Notes: generated from the sequence alone by a model not told the origin. A DNA stretch of 64,000 nt from Alphaproteobacteria bacterium (GCA_965228895.1 OZ245842.1:3488001-3552000); one strand, 5' to 3'; shown: positions 47,583-58,252, counted from the first letter of the stretch. Program-made: numbers and translations.

Positions 47583-48818
47583 ATGCTCGACAAGCTCAAA
47601 CTGAAGATCCAATCGGGTTTTGCCGCGCGCGGTGACGGTGCGGGTCTGTTCGCGGCCGACCGCGCCGACGAAGCCATTGCCCTTTATGACGAGATCCGAC
47701 GCGTCGATCCGGTGTTTCGCCTCGACGACACGACCTGGCTTTTGACCCGCTACGACGACGCCAAGGCGGTGCTGCGTGACACCCGCTTCAGCTCGTCCGA
47801 CGAGTGGGAAGCGGACGTGCCGGCCTACGACAGCGATTCGTTCGGCTTGACCAAGTCCATCCTGTGGCTCGACCCGCCCGAGCACACGCGCCTGCGCGGT
47901 CTGGTCCAGCAGGCGTTTTTGCCGCGACGTATCAAGCAACTTGAAAGCGCCATCGAAAACGCCGTGGATGACCTACTCGACACTGCGGCGCCGCGCGGCC
48001 ACATGGACATCATCGCCGACCTCGCCCGTCCCCTGCCGGTCTGGGCGATCTGCACGATGCTGGACGTGCCGGAAGACGACCGTGATGAGGTCCAGGAACT
48101 TGCCCAGGACTCCTCTCTGTTCCTGGACTACGACTTTATTGACGAGGAAGCGCGAGAGCGTGCGTTGCTGGCTTCGCTTGCGCTGCGCGTGTATTTCGAC
48201 GACCTGATCGACAAGCGCCGCGATAATCTGGGCGACGACATCCTGAGCGGCCTGATCACCGCCGAGGTCGATGGCCAGAATCTGACCAAGGACGAGATCG
48301 TCACCATGGCGGACCTGCTGTTCGTTGCCGGCCACGAGACGACCGTCAATCTGATCGGCAACGGCACGCGCGCCATGTTCGACCATCCGGGCACGCTGGA
48401 GCGATTGGCGGCTGAGCCGGACCTGATCCCCTCGGCGGTCGAGGAGTGCCTGCGGTACACGCCGTCGGTGACACTGAACGGCCGCGTCGCCTCGCAACGC
48501 CTGACGATCGCCGACAAGACGATCGAAAAAGGCGCCCACGTCATGATCCCGACCGACGCGGTGAACCGGGATCCCGCGCGGTTTCCCGATCCCCACCGCT
48601 TCGACATCGCGCGTGCCGACAACGCCCACCTCACCTTCTCCATCGGGCCGCATGTATGCCTGGGTGCATCACTGGCGCGGCTCGAGGCGAAGGTTGCCTG
48701 GCGCACGCTTTTGGCGCGCGTCAGGGATATCCAGGCGACGGCGCCGTCACCGTGGCGCGAGCACATCACGTTGCGCGGCCTTGAGTCCCTCAACGTGTCG
48801 TTTGCGGAGGCGGCGTGA
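47583..48818 (+). CDS. Cytochrome P450
   Basis: DPPEHTRLR, AGHETT, EECLR, HLTFSIGPHVCLG. Confidence 0.95.
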   Translation: MLDKLKLKIQSGFAARGDGAGLFAADRADEAIALYDEIRRVDPVFRLDDTTWLLTRYDDAKAVLRDTRFSSSDEWEADVPAYDSDSFGLTKSILWLDPPEHTRLRGLVQQAFLPRRIKQLESAIENAVDDLLDTAAPRGHMDIIADLARPLPVWAICTMLDVPEDDRDEVQELAQDSSLFLDYDFIDEEARERALLASLALRVYFDDLIDKRRDNLGDDILSGLITAEVDGQNLTKDEIVTMADLLFVAGHETTVNLIGNGTRAMFDHPGTLERLAAEPDLIPSAVEECLRYTPSVTLNGRVASQRLTIADKTIEKGAHVMIPTDAVNRDPARFPDPHRFDIARADNAHLTFSIGPHVCLGASLARLEAKVAWRTLLARVRDIQATAPSPWREHITLRGLESLNVSFAEAA

Positions 48819-49420
48819 AGGCGGCGGCGCCCCGCTGGAACCGTCGCCCCGAGACCCGGCGCGACGAGCTTCTCGATGCCGCCACGGCATTGCTGCAAGA
48901 GATGCCCCTGGCACTGATCAAGGTCAGCGACATCACCGATGCCGCCGGCACCGCGAAGGGCACGTTCTACACCTACTTCAAATCCAAGGAAGAGCTCTAT
49001 CGCGCGCTCAACCAACGCTATCTCGATGGCCTGATGGCGGCCAAGGACCAGGCCAAGGCCGCGGCGTCGGGTGACGATTGGGTCGAGGAGTTGAACGCCT
49101 CGATCGCCGCGATGATCGACTACATGTACGTCAACGACGACCTGATCGAGGTGTGGGAGCGCGAGGGCTACAATACCGAACACTACGATATCTTCGAGGT
49201 CGGCACGAACCGCATCACCTCCGAACTGGCCGTCGACATCGGTCAGTTGGCGGCCGAGGGCCACATCACCTGTGACGATCCTCTGGCGACTGCCCACTTG
49301 ATCGTCCACGCCATCGATGGCGCGGTCAGCCACGACATGACCGGACGCAACCGCAACGCGCTCGGCCCCCAACGCATGACAGCCGCCGCGCAGGCCATGA
49401 TCCGCGCGATGTTGACGTGA
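48815..49420 (+). CDS. TetR-family regulator
   Basis: VSDITDAAGTAKGTFYTYFKSKEEL HTH. Confidence 0.92.
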   Translation: MKAAAPRWNRRPETRRDELLDAATALLQEMPLALIKVSDITDAAGTAKGTFYTYFKSKEELYRALNQRYLDGLMAAKDQAKAAASGDDWVEELNASIAAMIDYMYVNDDLIEVWEREGYNTEHYDIFEVGTNRITSELAVDIGQLAAEGHITCDDPLATAHLIVHAIDGAVSHDMTGRNRNALGPQRMTAAAQAMIRAMLT

Positions 49421-49473
49421 ACCGTACACGCACCACCGCCGCAAAACCAACCAAGAAACAGGAGACAGAGACC

Positions 49474-50307
49474 ATGACGATCGAACGCTTGTCCGGCGAC
49501 GCCGGCGTGCCGGAGATCATTGGCGCCGTCCAGCGCGATGGCGCCGCGATTGTTGAGGACTTCGTATCGACGGACGTCACCGATCAGGTGCTGCGCGATC
49601 TGCGCGAGCCCTTCGACTCGGTCGGGCGTTCGACCGAGGACGACTTCAACGGCTATACGACGCTACGCGTCAACAGCATCCTGGATATCTCGCCGGCCTC
49701 GGTCGAGATCGTCGCCCATGCCCGCATGCTGGAGATCCTTGATGGCCTCCTGTTGCCCCACTGCAAGGACTACCGGATCGGCAGCTGCACGGCGATCGAG
49801 ATCCACCCCGGCGAGACCGACCAGATCCTGCACCGTGACGACACCATCTACCCCATCATCATGCCTGGCCTCGAATGGCAGGTTTCGGTCATGTGGCCGC
49901 TGACCGACTTTACCGAGGAGAACGGCGCGACACGATTGATCCCCGGCAGTCACCGCTGGATGGAACAACGGCTGGCCAACGATGACGACACGGTGATCCA
50001 GGCACCGATGTCGCCGGGATCGGCCTTGTTCTACCTGGGATCGACCATGCATGGTGGCGGCGCCAACCGCGGCAACGCGCCGCGCGCCGGGCTGGTCAAC
50101 ACCTATGCCCTGGGCTGGCTGCGCCAGGAGGTGAACCAGTACCTCACCATCCCGCGCGAGACGGTGGCGTCGTTTCCGGAGCGGGTGCAACGGCTGATCG
50201 GCTATGCCGGCCACGGTGACCTCCTGGGATTCTATCCCCGCGATGAGGGCCGCGTGCCCCCGCCGGACATGATCGGCGCAACCGCCGCCAATTGGTCCAA
50301 CGACTAG
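49474..50307 (+). CDS. Phytanoyl-CoA dioxygenase (PhyH) family Fe/2OG oxygenase 1
   Basis: Q.LHRDD, DFT.ENGATR.IPGSH, HGGGAN, LGWLRQE. Confidence 0.92.
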   Translation: MTIERLSGDAGVPEIIGAVQRDGAAIVEDFVSTDVTDQVLRDLREPFDSVGRSTEDDFNGYTTLRVNSILDISPASVEIVAHARMLEILDGLLLPHCKDYRIGSCTAIEIHPGETDQILHRDDTIYPIIMPGLEWQVSVMWPLTDFTEENGATRLIPGSHRWMEQRLANDDDTVIQAPMSPGSALFYLGSTMHGGGANRGNAPRAGLVNTYALGWLRQEVNQYLTIPRETVASFPERVQRLIGYAGHGDLLGFYPRDEGRVPPPDMIGATAANWSND

Positions 50308-50428
50308 GGTCTGGCCTTACACGGGTTTGGCTGCGCCAGCGGCCGTTTGTCAGTTGCCAGTTGATTGTACAAGCCCGCGCCTTGCTCGATACTCACGACC
50401 GACAACACAGGCCATAGGAGAGGCAGGC

Positions 50429-51340
50429 ATGGGGCAGATACAGTCGATCAGTCGGGACACGTCGGCCGAAACGGCGATGGAAATCCTGGAGCGCGACGGC
50501 GCCGTCATCTATGAGCGCGTGCTGGACGATGCGGCCATGGATCGCGTGCAGGCTGATCTCGATCCCTATCTCGGCCGGTCCTACTATGGCGAAGGCGAGT
50601 TCTGGGGCTACAAGACCAAACGCATCTCCTCGCTGGTCGCCAAGTCGCGCGCCTTCGGCGAACTGGTCGCCACCTGCCCGGTGACCTTGAACGTCATGGA
50701 CCTCCTGCTCGGTCCCTATTGCGAGCGTTACCAACTCCACGTCACCCAGGCGGTCAACATCGGACCCGGCGAGAGCGAGCAGTTCCTGCACCGCGACGAC
50801 GGCCTGCTGCCGTTCGTCCATCCCGGACCGCAGGCGTTGTGCAACACCATGTGGGCGTTGACCGACTTCACCGAGGAGACCGGCGCAACGCGCGTCATCC
50901 CCGGCAGCCACGTGTGGGACGATAAACGCATCCCAAACGACGACGACGAGATCGTGCAGGCGACCATGCCGCGCGGTTCGGTTCTGATCTACCTGGGCTC
51001 GGTCTGGCACGGCGGCGGCGCCAACCGGTCCAAGGACGCGTGGCGCGCGGGCATGATCTGCGGTTACAGCCTGGGCTGGCTACGCCAGGAAGAGAATCAA
51101 TATCTCGCGGTACCGCCGCACATCGCCAAGGACCTGCCCGAAGACGTCCAGCACCTGATCGGCTACAAGCTGCACGGCACGTTCCTGGGCTGGGTCGAAG
51201 GCCAGGATCCCCACGTCGTCCTGGAAGACCGGTACAACGAGGTTATGCCGGCGACGCCCGAAGGCGGCGAAGCAACCGAAGAAACCAAGATTCTCAAGAC
51301 CGCGACCATCGGCAAGCCGGAGTTCATCACCTTCGGCTAA
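50429..51340 (+). CDS. PhyH family Fe/2OG oxygenase 2
   Basis: QFLHRDD, GATRVIPGSH, WHGGGAN, LGWLRQEENQYL. Confidence 0.92.
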   Translation: MGQIQSISRDTSAETAMEILERDGAVIYERVLDDAAMDRVQADLDPYLGRSYYGEGEFWGYKTKRISSLVAKSRAFGELVATCPVTLNVMDLLLGPYCERYQLHVTQAVNIGPGESEQFLHRDDGLLPFVHPGPQALCNTMWALTDFTEETGATRVIPGSHVWDDKRIPNDDDEIVQATMPRGSVLIYLGSVWHGGGANRSKDAWRAGMICGYSLGWLRQEENQYLAVPPHIAKDLPEDVQHLIGYKLHGTFLGWVEGQDPHVVLEDRYNEVMPATPEGGEATEETKILKTATIGKPEFITFG

Positions 51341-51448
51341 TGAAACAGCGGCCCGCCGTGACGCAGCCCATGACCGGCGGGCCACAGTTTCCAGACACGT
51401 CCGGCACGTTCTGCCGGCTCATCACGGATCAACGCGAGACCCATCACC

Positions 51449-53461
51449 ATGCGTGACCCCAAGTACGACATTCTGTTCGAGCCCATTCAGCTCGGCCCGG
51501 TGACCGCCAAGAACCGGTTCTACCAGGTGCCCCATTGTTCGGGCATGGGCTGGCACCGGCCCAACACGCTGGCCGCCATGCGCGCCATGAAGGCCGAGGG
51601 CGGCTGGGGCGTGGTGTGCACGGAGTACTGCTCGATGCATCCGACATCCGACGACGGCGCCTTTCCCCACGCCCGTCTTTGGGATGCCGACGACCTGCGC
51701 AACCAGGCGCTCATGGCCGACGGGGTTCACGAACACGGCGGTCTCGCGGGCGTCGAGCTGTGGCATGGCGGCAGCCGCGTCGCCAACCTGGACAGCCGCC
51801 TGCCGCCCATCGGCGTCGGCCCTGGCCGCGCGTCGTCACCGTCGGGCGCCAATCACCCGGTCCAGGCGCGCCAACCGGACAAGGCCGACATCAAGGCACT
51901 CAGGCACTGGCAGGGCGAGGCGGCGAGGCGCGCCGTCGAGGCCGGTTTCGATATCGTCTATGTCTACGCGACCCACGGCTAACTGTTGTCGGAGTTCCTC
52001 GACCGCGAGAGCAACCAGCGCACCGACGAATACGGCGGTTCGCTCGAGAACCGCGTGCGCATCGTGCGCGAGCTGATCGAAGAGACCCATGAGGCCGTCG
52101 CCGGCAAGGCCGCGGTCGCCACACGCATCACCGTCGACCTGACCGACGAAGAGACCTACGAGATCTTCTCCTTGATCGTCGACCTGCCCGACCTGTGGGA
52201 TCTGACCATCCACGACTACGGCATCGAGATGGGCGTCTCGCGCTTCGTCAAAGAGGCTGCGCTGGAGGAGAGCGTCGCGCGCGCCAAGGCGATGACCTCG
52301 AAACCGGTCGTCGCCGTCGGCCGTTTCACCAGTCCCGATACCATGGCGCGGGTCATCAAGGCGGGATCGCAGGACATGATCGGCGCTGCCCGCCCCTCCA
52401 TCGCCGATCCCTTCTTGCCCAAGAAAATCGAGGAAGGGCGGCTTGAGGACATCCGCGAGTGCATCGGCTGCAATATCTGTTATGCCCACGACACCCTGGG
52501 CATTCCGATCCGCTGCACCCAGAACCCGACCATGGGCGAGGAATGGCGGCGCGGCTGGCACCCCGAACGGATCGAACGCAGCGCCTCCGCGTCGCGCGCC
52601 CTGGTGGTCGGTGCCGGTCCGGCCGGCCTGGAAGCCGCGCGGGTCCTGGGTGAGCGTGGCTTTGACGTCATGCTCGCCGAAGCGACCCGCGACCTCGGCG
52701 GCCGGGTCACGACCGAAAGCCGCCTGCCCGGTCTGTCCGAATGGGCGCGGGTACGCGACTGGCGCACCGGCCAGCTCGACAAGCTGTTGAACGTCGAGGT
52801 GTTCCGCGAGAGTCCGATGACCGCCGACGATGTTCTCGCCGCCGGTGCCGAACATGTGCTGATCGCAACGGGCGCGCGCTGGCGGACCGACGGTGTCGGC
52901 AACAACCGCGCGGCGCCGCTCACAATGGGCGACGGCGCGCAGATCGTCGGTGTCGACGCCATCCTCGCCGGCGACGAGACGCCGGGCGGCCGGGCGCTGA
53001 TCTATGACGACGACCACTACTATATGGCGTCAGTCCTGGCGCTGGCGCTGCGTCAGCGCGGCAACGATGTCACACTCGTCACCACGGCCCACCGCCCCGT
53101 CGCCTGGGGACGCCACACCGCGGAGATTTCGCAATCCAACGCCGCCTTGCGCGATGCCGGCGTCGATGTCGTGACCTATCATCGCCTGGACGCCGTCGCA
53201 CCCGGCGAGGCGACCATCGCCTGCGTCCATACCGACCAGACGCAAACCATCGCCGCCGACTGGGTGATGCCGGTAACCAATCGCGCGCCTGCCGGCGATC
53301 TCTACGACAACCTGCTGGCGCGCGGTGGCGTTACTTCAGTGCATCGCATCGGCGACGGCGATGCGCCTGGCACCATTGCGGCGGCGGTCTACAGCGGCTA
53401 CAGAACCGCGCTCGAACTGGGCGAGCCGGCTAGCGACCCGCTCTACAAGCGCACGCTCTAA
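51449..53461 (+). pseudogene. Trimethylamine/histamine dehydrogenase-like flavoenzyme interrupted by an in-frame TAA (51980-51982)
   Basis: RDPKYDILFEP..GP.TAKNRFYQVPHC, YATHG*LL, ECIGCNIC...C 4Fe-4S motif, GAGPAG; both ORF halves are in the same frame. Confidence 0.8.
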
Positions 53462-53478
53462 GGAAGTCTGCGCCAACC

Positions 53479-53591
53479 CCCCTCACCCTGCCCTCTCCCC
53501 CGAGGGGAGAGGGAATGTAGCGGCGACCTCAAACCCTCGCCCGCTTGCGGGAGAGGGAGGGGCCCGACGCGGAGCGTTGGGAGGGTGAGGG
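53479..53591. repeat. Alphaproteobacterial REP-like composite palindrome
   Basis: cccctcaccc-gccctctcccccgaggggagagggaa ... ccctcgcccgcttgcgggagaggg ... gggagggtgaggg, between convergent genes. Confidence 0.75.
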
Positions 53592-53613
53592 TCCAGCCGA
53601 CCGGGCCGCGTTC

Positions 53614-54090
53614 TTATGACTTCGCGACGTCGACGAACGGTCCGCCTGTCAATTCTGCCAGTTGATCAGGCGTCAGTTTGAAGACTGCGTTCGGCGTGCC
53701 GCCGGATGCCCAGATCTCGTCATGCTGTTTCAGGTCGTCATCCAGCAGAACCATCGGCGTCTGGCTATGACCGACCGGCGGTACGCCGCCGATGGCAAAA
53801 CCCGTCACCTCGCGCACGAAGTCGGGGTCTGCGCGCCTGATCTTCATGTCCAGCAGGCGCCCGACCTTCTTTTCGTCGACCCGGTTGGTGCCACTGGCCA
53901 CGACCAGCACCGGACGATTGTCCTCCCTGGTGCGGAAGAGTAGCGACTTGGCGATCTGCGCCACCGTGCAACCGATGGCCGCCGCCGCGTCTTCGGCAGT
54001 CCGCGTGCTCTCGTCGAACTCCAGCACCTCAAAGCCCTCGCCCAGCAGGCTCTGAACGTGGCAAGCGGTGGGATTGGTTGCACGTTTCAT
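53614..54090 (-). CDS. YbaK/EbsC aminoacyl-tRNA editing family
   Basis: TRTAEDAA.AIGC...QIAKSL, TGFAIGGVPPVGH, GGTPNAVF. Confidence 0.92.
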   Translation of the reverse strand: MKRATNPTACHVQSLLGEGFEVLEFDESTRTAEDAAAAIGCTVAQIAKSLLFRTREDNRPVLVVASGTNRVDEKKVGRLLDMKIRRADPDFVREVTGFAIGGVPPVGHSQTPMVLLDDDLKQHDEIWASGGTPNAVFKLTPDQLAELTGGPFVDVAKS

Positions 54091-54109
54091 TGGCCGCTCA
54101 CGAGCCCGG

Positions 54110-54790
54110 CTACCCCCGCAGCAACGCCTCGACCGCGTCTTTGGTCGTGCCGGATTTCAGGCCCCCGCCATAGACGAAGCCGATTGCGCGCCGGTCGAAA
54201 TCGGTCAGCCAGTCGGCGGGCTCGTCCCATGACATCACGCTGTCGACACCGTTGCCCGGGACGCCAACCAGACCCAGCGCCTTCATCGCCTCGCGCGCGA
54301 TGCCGCGGCCGATCGCGGTCTCGTCCTTTGATGTCACGAACATCATGGCGCCGGCGATACCGCGCTCGAAGCTGATCACGGAGATCTGGCCGAAGTTCTC
54401 TTCGTCCGTTTGTCCGGCGATGAAGTCGGCAGCTTTCTGTTCACGTTCTTCGGTGCTCGCGCCGGGGAAGAACTTCGCCAGCAGCTCGGCGTGGCGTTTG
54501 GCCGCCGACAGAGTATCGCTGGCGACGACAAAGATAATGTTGACGTCGCCACCCTCGCGGTACTCGGCCTCCAGGTTGGAGGCCTCGCGAATCTCCTCGA
54601 CAAGCGCTTCCAGGCAAGGCCGTCCGGCTTCACTGTCGTCCTCGACAACGACAAATCGCGGGACAGTCTCCCAACGGACCATTTGGCGCAGGCCAAACTC
54701 GCCGTCCGGCATTTTGGCGAACATCAGATCCAGAAGGGCGGCCTTTTCGTCTTCGGCGAAATGAGGCCCAACGAGCGACGTGTTCATCAT
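54110..54790 (-). CDS. Hypothetical protein (DUF2927-like)
   Basis: VRWE, E.MKALGL, DSV.S, LT.FDR. Confidence 0.6.
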   Translation of the reverse strand: MMNTSLVGPHFAEDEKAALLDLMFAKMPDGEFGLRQMVRWETVPRFVVVEDDSEAGRPCLEALVEEIREASNLEAEYREGGDVNIIFVVASDTLSAAKRHAELLAKFFPGASTEEREQKAADFIAGQTDEENFGQISVISFERGIAGAMMFVTSKDETAIGRGIAREAMKALGLVGVPGNGVDSVMSWDEPADWLTDFDRRAIGFVYGGGLKSGTTKDAVEALLRG

Positions 54791-54908
54791 TCTGTCCTAC
54801 CCAACAAACATGAACCGTTCCTATAACCCGACATACTGCGTGGATGATACATCGCCTTGATCATCCTATCCTGCGCTTTCTTTGCATCTCTCGAAGCTGA
54901 GGACAACC

Positions 54909-55577
54909 ATGCGGGAACGCGTATTACAGATGACCGACCCGCTGCATGACTATCTCGTCGATGTCGCCGTGCGCGAGCACGAGGTTCTGGCCGAGCTGCG
55001 CGCGGAAACCGCGTCCATGCCGATGGGTATCATGCAGGTATCGCCTGACCAGGGCCAGTTCATGGCCATGCTGGTTCGCCTGACCGGCGCGCGCCGTGTT
55101 CTGGAGGTCGGCACCTTCACCGGCTACAGCTCGCTTGCCATGGCGCTGGCGCTGCCGGATGACGGGACGATCCACGCCTGCGATGTCAGCGATGAGTACA
55201 CGTCCGTCGCCCGCCGCCACTGGGAGAAAGCCGGCGTCGCCGACAAGATCACCCTGACCCTGGCGCCGGCGACCGAAACCCTGCGCGGCTTTCTCGATGA
55301 CGGCATGGCTGGCAGCTTCGATATGATGTTCATCGATGCCGACAAGGAAAGCTACGACGCCTACTATGAGCACGGTTTAGAGCTGGTGCGTGACGGTGGT
55401 GTGATTCTTGTCGATAACGTTCTATGGAGCGGCTCGGTCATCGATCACGAAAAACAGGATGCCGATACCGCCGCGATCCGCGCGCTCAACAACAAACTCA
55501 AACACGACGACCGGATTGATGTCACAATGCTGTCAGTTGGCGACGGTCTGACCCTGGCGCACAAACGCGCGTCCTGA
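54909..55577 (+). CDS. Caffeoyl-CoA-type O-methyltransferase
   Basis: LEVGTFTGYS, FIDADK, DNVLWSG, GDGL. Confidence 0.93.
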   Translation: MRERVLQMTDPLHDYLVDVAVREHEVLAELRAETASMPMGIMQVSPDQGQFMAMLVRLTGARRVLEVGTFTGYSSLAMALALPDDGTIHACDVSDEYTSVARRHWEKAGVADKITLTLAPATETLRGFLDDGMAGSFDMMFIDADKESYDAYYEHGLELVRDGGVILVDNVLWSGSVIDHEKQDADTAAIRALNNKLKHDDRIDVTMLSVGDGLTLAHKRAS

Positions 55578-55680
55578 CGGCAGGCCCGTGACCGGTCCGT
55601 CGCGGTTGTCGTGCCGGTCTTGAGCAGCCATCATGAACCAGCAAGGCAAGGTGGCCTTGCACCGTATCGGGGGAAGGATC

Positions 55681-56157
55681 ATGAGAAGGGTATCAAGATT
55701 ACTGGCAATCTCATCACTCGCGATCGCATCGCCCTTGGCCATGGCATGGGCTGAGAACGTCACGGTATCGGGATCGGCAACCTACATTCAGAACTGGGGC
55801 GAAACCGTCATGTTGGAGGACGGCGGCAGGCTGGAGCGAATCCACCTGAAAACCATCCTTCACGACGACAGCCCCGATAGCCCGCTCAACATGAACACGC
55901 AGGATTGCACGGGCACGGGGATCTTTGACGCCAGCGGCAACTTCGTGATGAACAGCGGCCACTGTCAGGCGACCGACCTTGACGGCGATCACTGGTCCAT
56001 GTGGTACCACCACACGCCACAGGGCAACACGTGGGGCGTTGTCGGCGGCACGGGCAAGTTCGCCGGCGCGACCGGCGGCGGCACAACGGTCGTCCAGACC
56101 GCCCATGCCGACGGCCGGGTCTTCCTGACCTACGAGGGCACGGTCGAGATGAAGTAG
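55681..56157 (+). CDS. Exported hypothetical beta-barrel protein
   Basis: Signal peptide; TDLDGD, GGTGKFAG.TG.G motif. Confidence 0.75.
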   Translation: MRRVSRLLAISSLAIASPLAMAWAENVTVSGSATYIQNWGETVMLEDGGRLERIHLKTILHDDSPDSPLNMNTQDCTGTGIFDASGNFVMNSGHCQATDLDGDHWSMWYHHTPQGNTWGVVGGTGKFAGATGGGTTVVQTAHADGRVFLTYEGTVEMK

Positions 56158-56178
56158 CCGGGCGCTGCAGCCACGACC

Positions 56179-56613
56179 ATGACCACCAGCACAAACACAA
56201 CCGAGCAAACCGCGCGATGCGGCTGCGGCGCGCTGCAGGCGACAGCAAGTGGCGACCCGCTGGCGGTCTATCTTTGCAGTTGCGCGGAATGTCAGCGCAA
56301 GTCAGGCAGCGCCTTCACCTACCGCGCGGTCTATCCGGAAGCCTCGGTGGCGATCGCGGGCGAGCACGCCAGGTGGCGGCGCGACACCGAGACCGGCAAC
56401 TGGCTGGAGGACGGCTTTTGTCCGACCTGTGGCACCACCGTCATTTTTCGCATCGGTGCGTGGCCGGGGACGCTTGGCGTCTCAGCCGGCTGCTTCGCCA
56501 ATCCGACTTTTGCCCAACCGCAAACCCATTACTTCGCCTCGCGTCGGCACCACTGGCTTGACGTACCCAACGGAACAGCGGCCGAGGCAACCCAGCCGCT
56601 GACCAGCACCTGA
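56179..56613 (+). CDS. GFA family protein
   Basis: ARCGCG, CSC.ECQR.SGS.F, FCPTCG, GCFANP. Confidence 0.9.
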   Translation: MTTSTNTTEQTARCGCGALQATASGDPLAVYLCSCAECQRKSGSAFTYRAVYPEASVAIAGEHARWRRDTETGNWLEDGFCPTCGTTVIFRIGAWPGTLGVSAGCFANPTFAQPQTHYFASRRHHWLDVPNGTAAEATQPLTST

Positions 56614-56637
56614 CAACGGGATAAGGAGAACCACACC

Positions 56638-57060
56638 ATGGCCGCCTCTTCCGACACCACGACCAAGACCGCCCAATGCGGCTGCGGCGCCCTCAAGGTC
56701 ACCGTCAGCGGTGCGCCAGAGCATGTCTACACCTGCAGTTGCCTTAACTGTCAACGTGAGAGCGGCAGCGTCTTCACCTATTGCGCCATCTATCCCGAAG
56801 CCGCCGTCTCGACCGAGGGAGAATCGAAAACGTGGCGGCGCACCGTGCCGGAATCAGGCCGCTGGCTCGAATCCGGGTTTTGCCCCAACTGCGGTGTGAC
56901 CGTTATGTTCACCATGGAGGCTTGGCCGGACGTTGTGGGCATCTCCGTTGGCTGCTTCGCCGACCCGACCTTCGCCCAACCGTCGAACCACTATTGGGCC
57001 AAACGTTTGCATCCCTGGATGTCGGTCCCTGAGGGTACTGAAGCCGACGAGGCATCGTAG
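56638..57060 (+). CDS. GFA family protein (tandem paralog)
   Basis: AQCGCG, CSCLNCQRESGS, FCPNCG, GCFADP. Confidence 0.9.
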   Translation: MAASSDTTTKTAQCGCGALKVTVSGAPEHVYTCSCLNCQRESGSVFTYCAIYPEAAVSTEGESKTWRRTVPESGRWLESGFCPNCGVTVMFTMEAWPDVVGISVGCFADPTFAQPSNHYWAKRLHPWMSVPEGTEADEAS

Positions 57061-57061
57061 C

Positions 57062-57658
57062 CTAGCTCCCGACAACCTCGCACAGCGGAGCGGTTTGGTC
57101 CGGCGTGGACATCATCAGCGTACAGGTGTCGTAGCCCTCGTCCTTCAGAATGCCGTCCACCGTTGCAAGCGTCGCCGGATCCAGTGTCGGTGTGCGGGCG
57201 AGAATCCAGCCGTATTCGCGCGACGGGTGGCCGACCACCGACCAGCGATAGTCGGGATCCAAGCCAAGGATCCAGTAGTCGCCGCCGGTCGCCCATATCC
57301 ATTCACCGAACACGTCGACAAACGTGACCTCTAGCTTGCCCTCGGACGGATCGCCCTGGAACCGCGCCCGGCCTTCGGCTTCATCAAGCACGCCATCGGC
57401 CATTTCGCAGCGGTTGGTGACCGCTATCAGGTCGTCCTCGCCAGGCCCGTAGGTCGCGGTCGTGTTCGCCACGCAATTGCGCTGGAACCAAACGGGTATC
57501 GCAGCCACCTGATGCCATTCACCGAGATAGCGGTCGACCTCGAAACCGGAGACCGTGTCCATCGACCGGTCGCCACCGGACGCGCAGGACGTCAGCAACA
57601 GGCCGGCGGCAAGCACCGCGCCCAGGCGCGCCTGCCGGATCAGTTTGGAAGGTGTCAC
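57062..57658 (-). CDS. blc: Lipocalin lipoprotein (Blc-like)
   Basis: Lipobox LLTSC, RYLGEW, YWIL.LD.DY, WILARTP. Confidence 0.88.
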   Translation of the reverse strand: MTPSKLIRQARLGAVLAAGLLLTSCASGGDRSMDTVSGFEVDRYLGEWHQVAAIPVWFQRNCVANTTATYGPGEDDLIAVTNRCEMADGVLDEAEGRARFQGDPSEGKLEVTFVDVFGEWIWATGGDYWILGLDPDYRWSVVGHPSREYGWILARTPTLDPATLATVDGILKDEGYDTCTLMMSTPDQTAPLCEVVGS

Positions 57659-57770
57659 GTCGGTCTCCCGCTGAGGGTTGTTGTTGTTGGACCCCGGTTC
57701 TACGCAGCGTGCGCCCGCGCCGATCAGTTTCGATGTTGGGTCGTGTTGCTCCGCGCGCAATACCATCCGC

Positions 57771-58145
57771 TCATGTGTCGTCGGAAAACGCCAGCCCCTT
57801 TTCCGCCATCACTTCTTCCAGCGCAGCCAGACCATTCATGCCGGTCGGCCAGCCGGCGTAATGGGCAACGTGGATCATCACCTCGCGCAGGGCGTCTGGC
57901 GTATGGCCGATGTTAAGCGCGCCTTTCAGATGGGCGCGAAGCTGCGGGCCATGGGAGTCGGCGGTCAGGATCGCGACAGTGATCAACGAACGGTCCTTGA
58001 TCGGCAACGCCTCGCGAGACCAGATTTCGCCGAACAGGTGATCGCCGGTGATGTCCATCATGTCCTTGAAGGCCGGTCGCGCTTCTTCGCCGCGCGCTCC
58101 GAAGAGCCGCTCCATCACCTGCTGACCTTTTTCGTGATCCGCCAT
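57771..58145 (-). CDS. Carboxymuconolactone decarboxylase family protein
   Basis: FGEIWSR, RSLITVA.L, H.KGALN.G, YAGWP. Confidence 0.88.
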   Translation of the reverse strand: MADHEKGQQVMERLFGARGEEARPAFKDMMDITGDHLFGEIWSREALPIKDRSLITVAILTADSHGPQLRAHLKGALNIGHTPDALREVMIHVAHYAGWPTGMNGLAALEEVMAEKGLAFSDDT

Positions 58146-58252
58146 CGTGCCGCTCCCGTGCTGTCGCGAAGGCCCCGATCCTCGAGGCAACGACGTGAGG
58201 AGATCAAGAAATCGGATCCGGCGCAAACCCAATTGCGACAGACGAGCGGTCC

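Noticed and set aside
51980-51982. Programmed stop-codon reassignment (Sec/Pyl or alternative genetic code)
   Set aside because: The codon is TAA, not TGA or TAG, and TAA is used as a normal stop elsewhere in the window.
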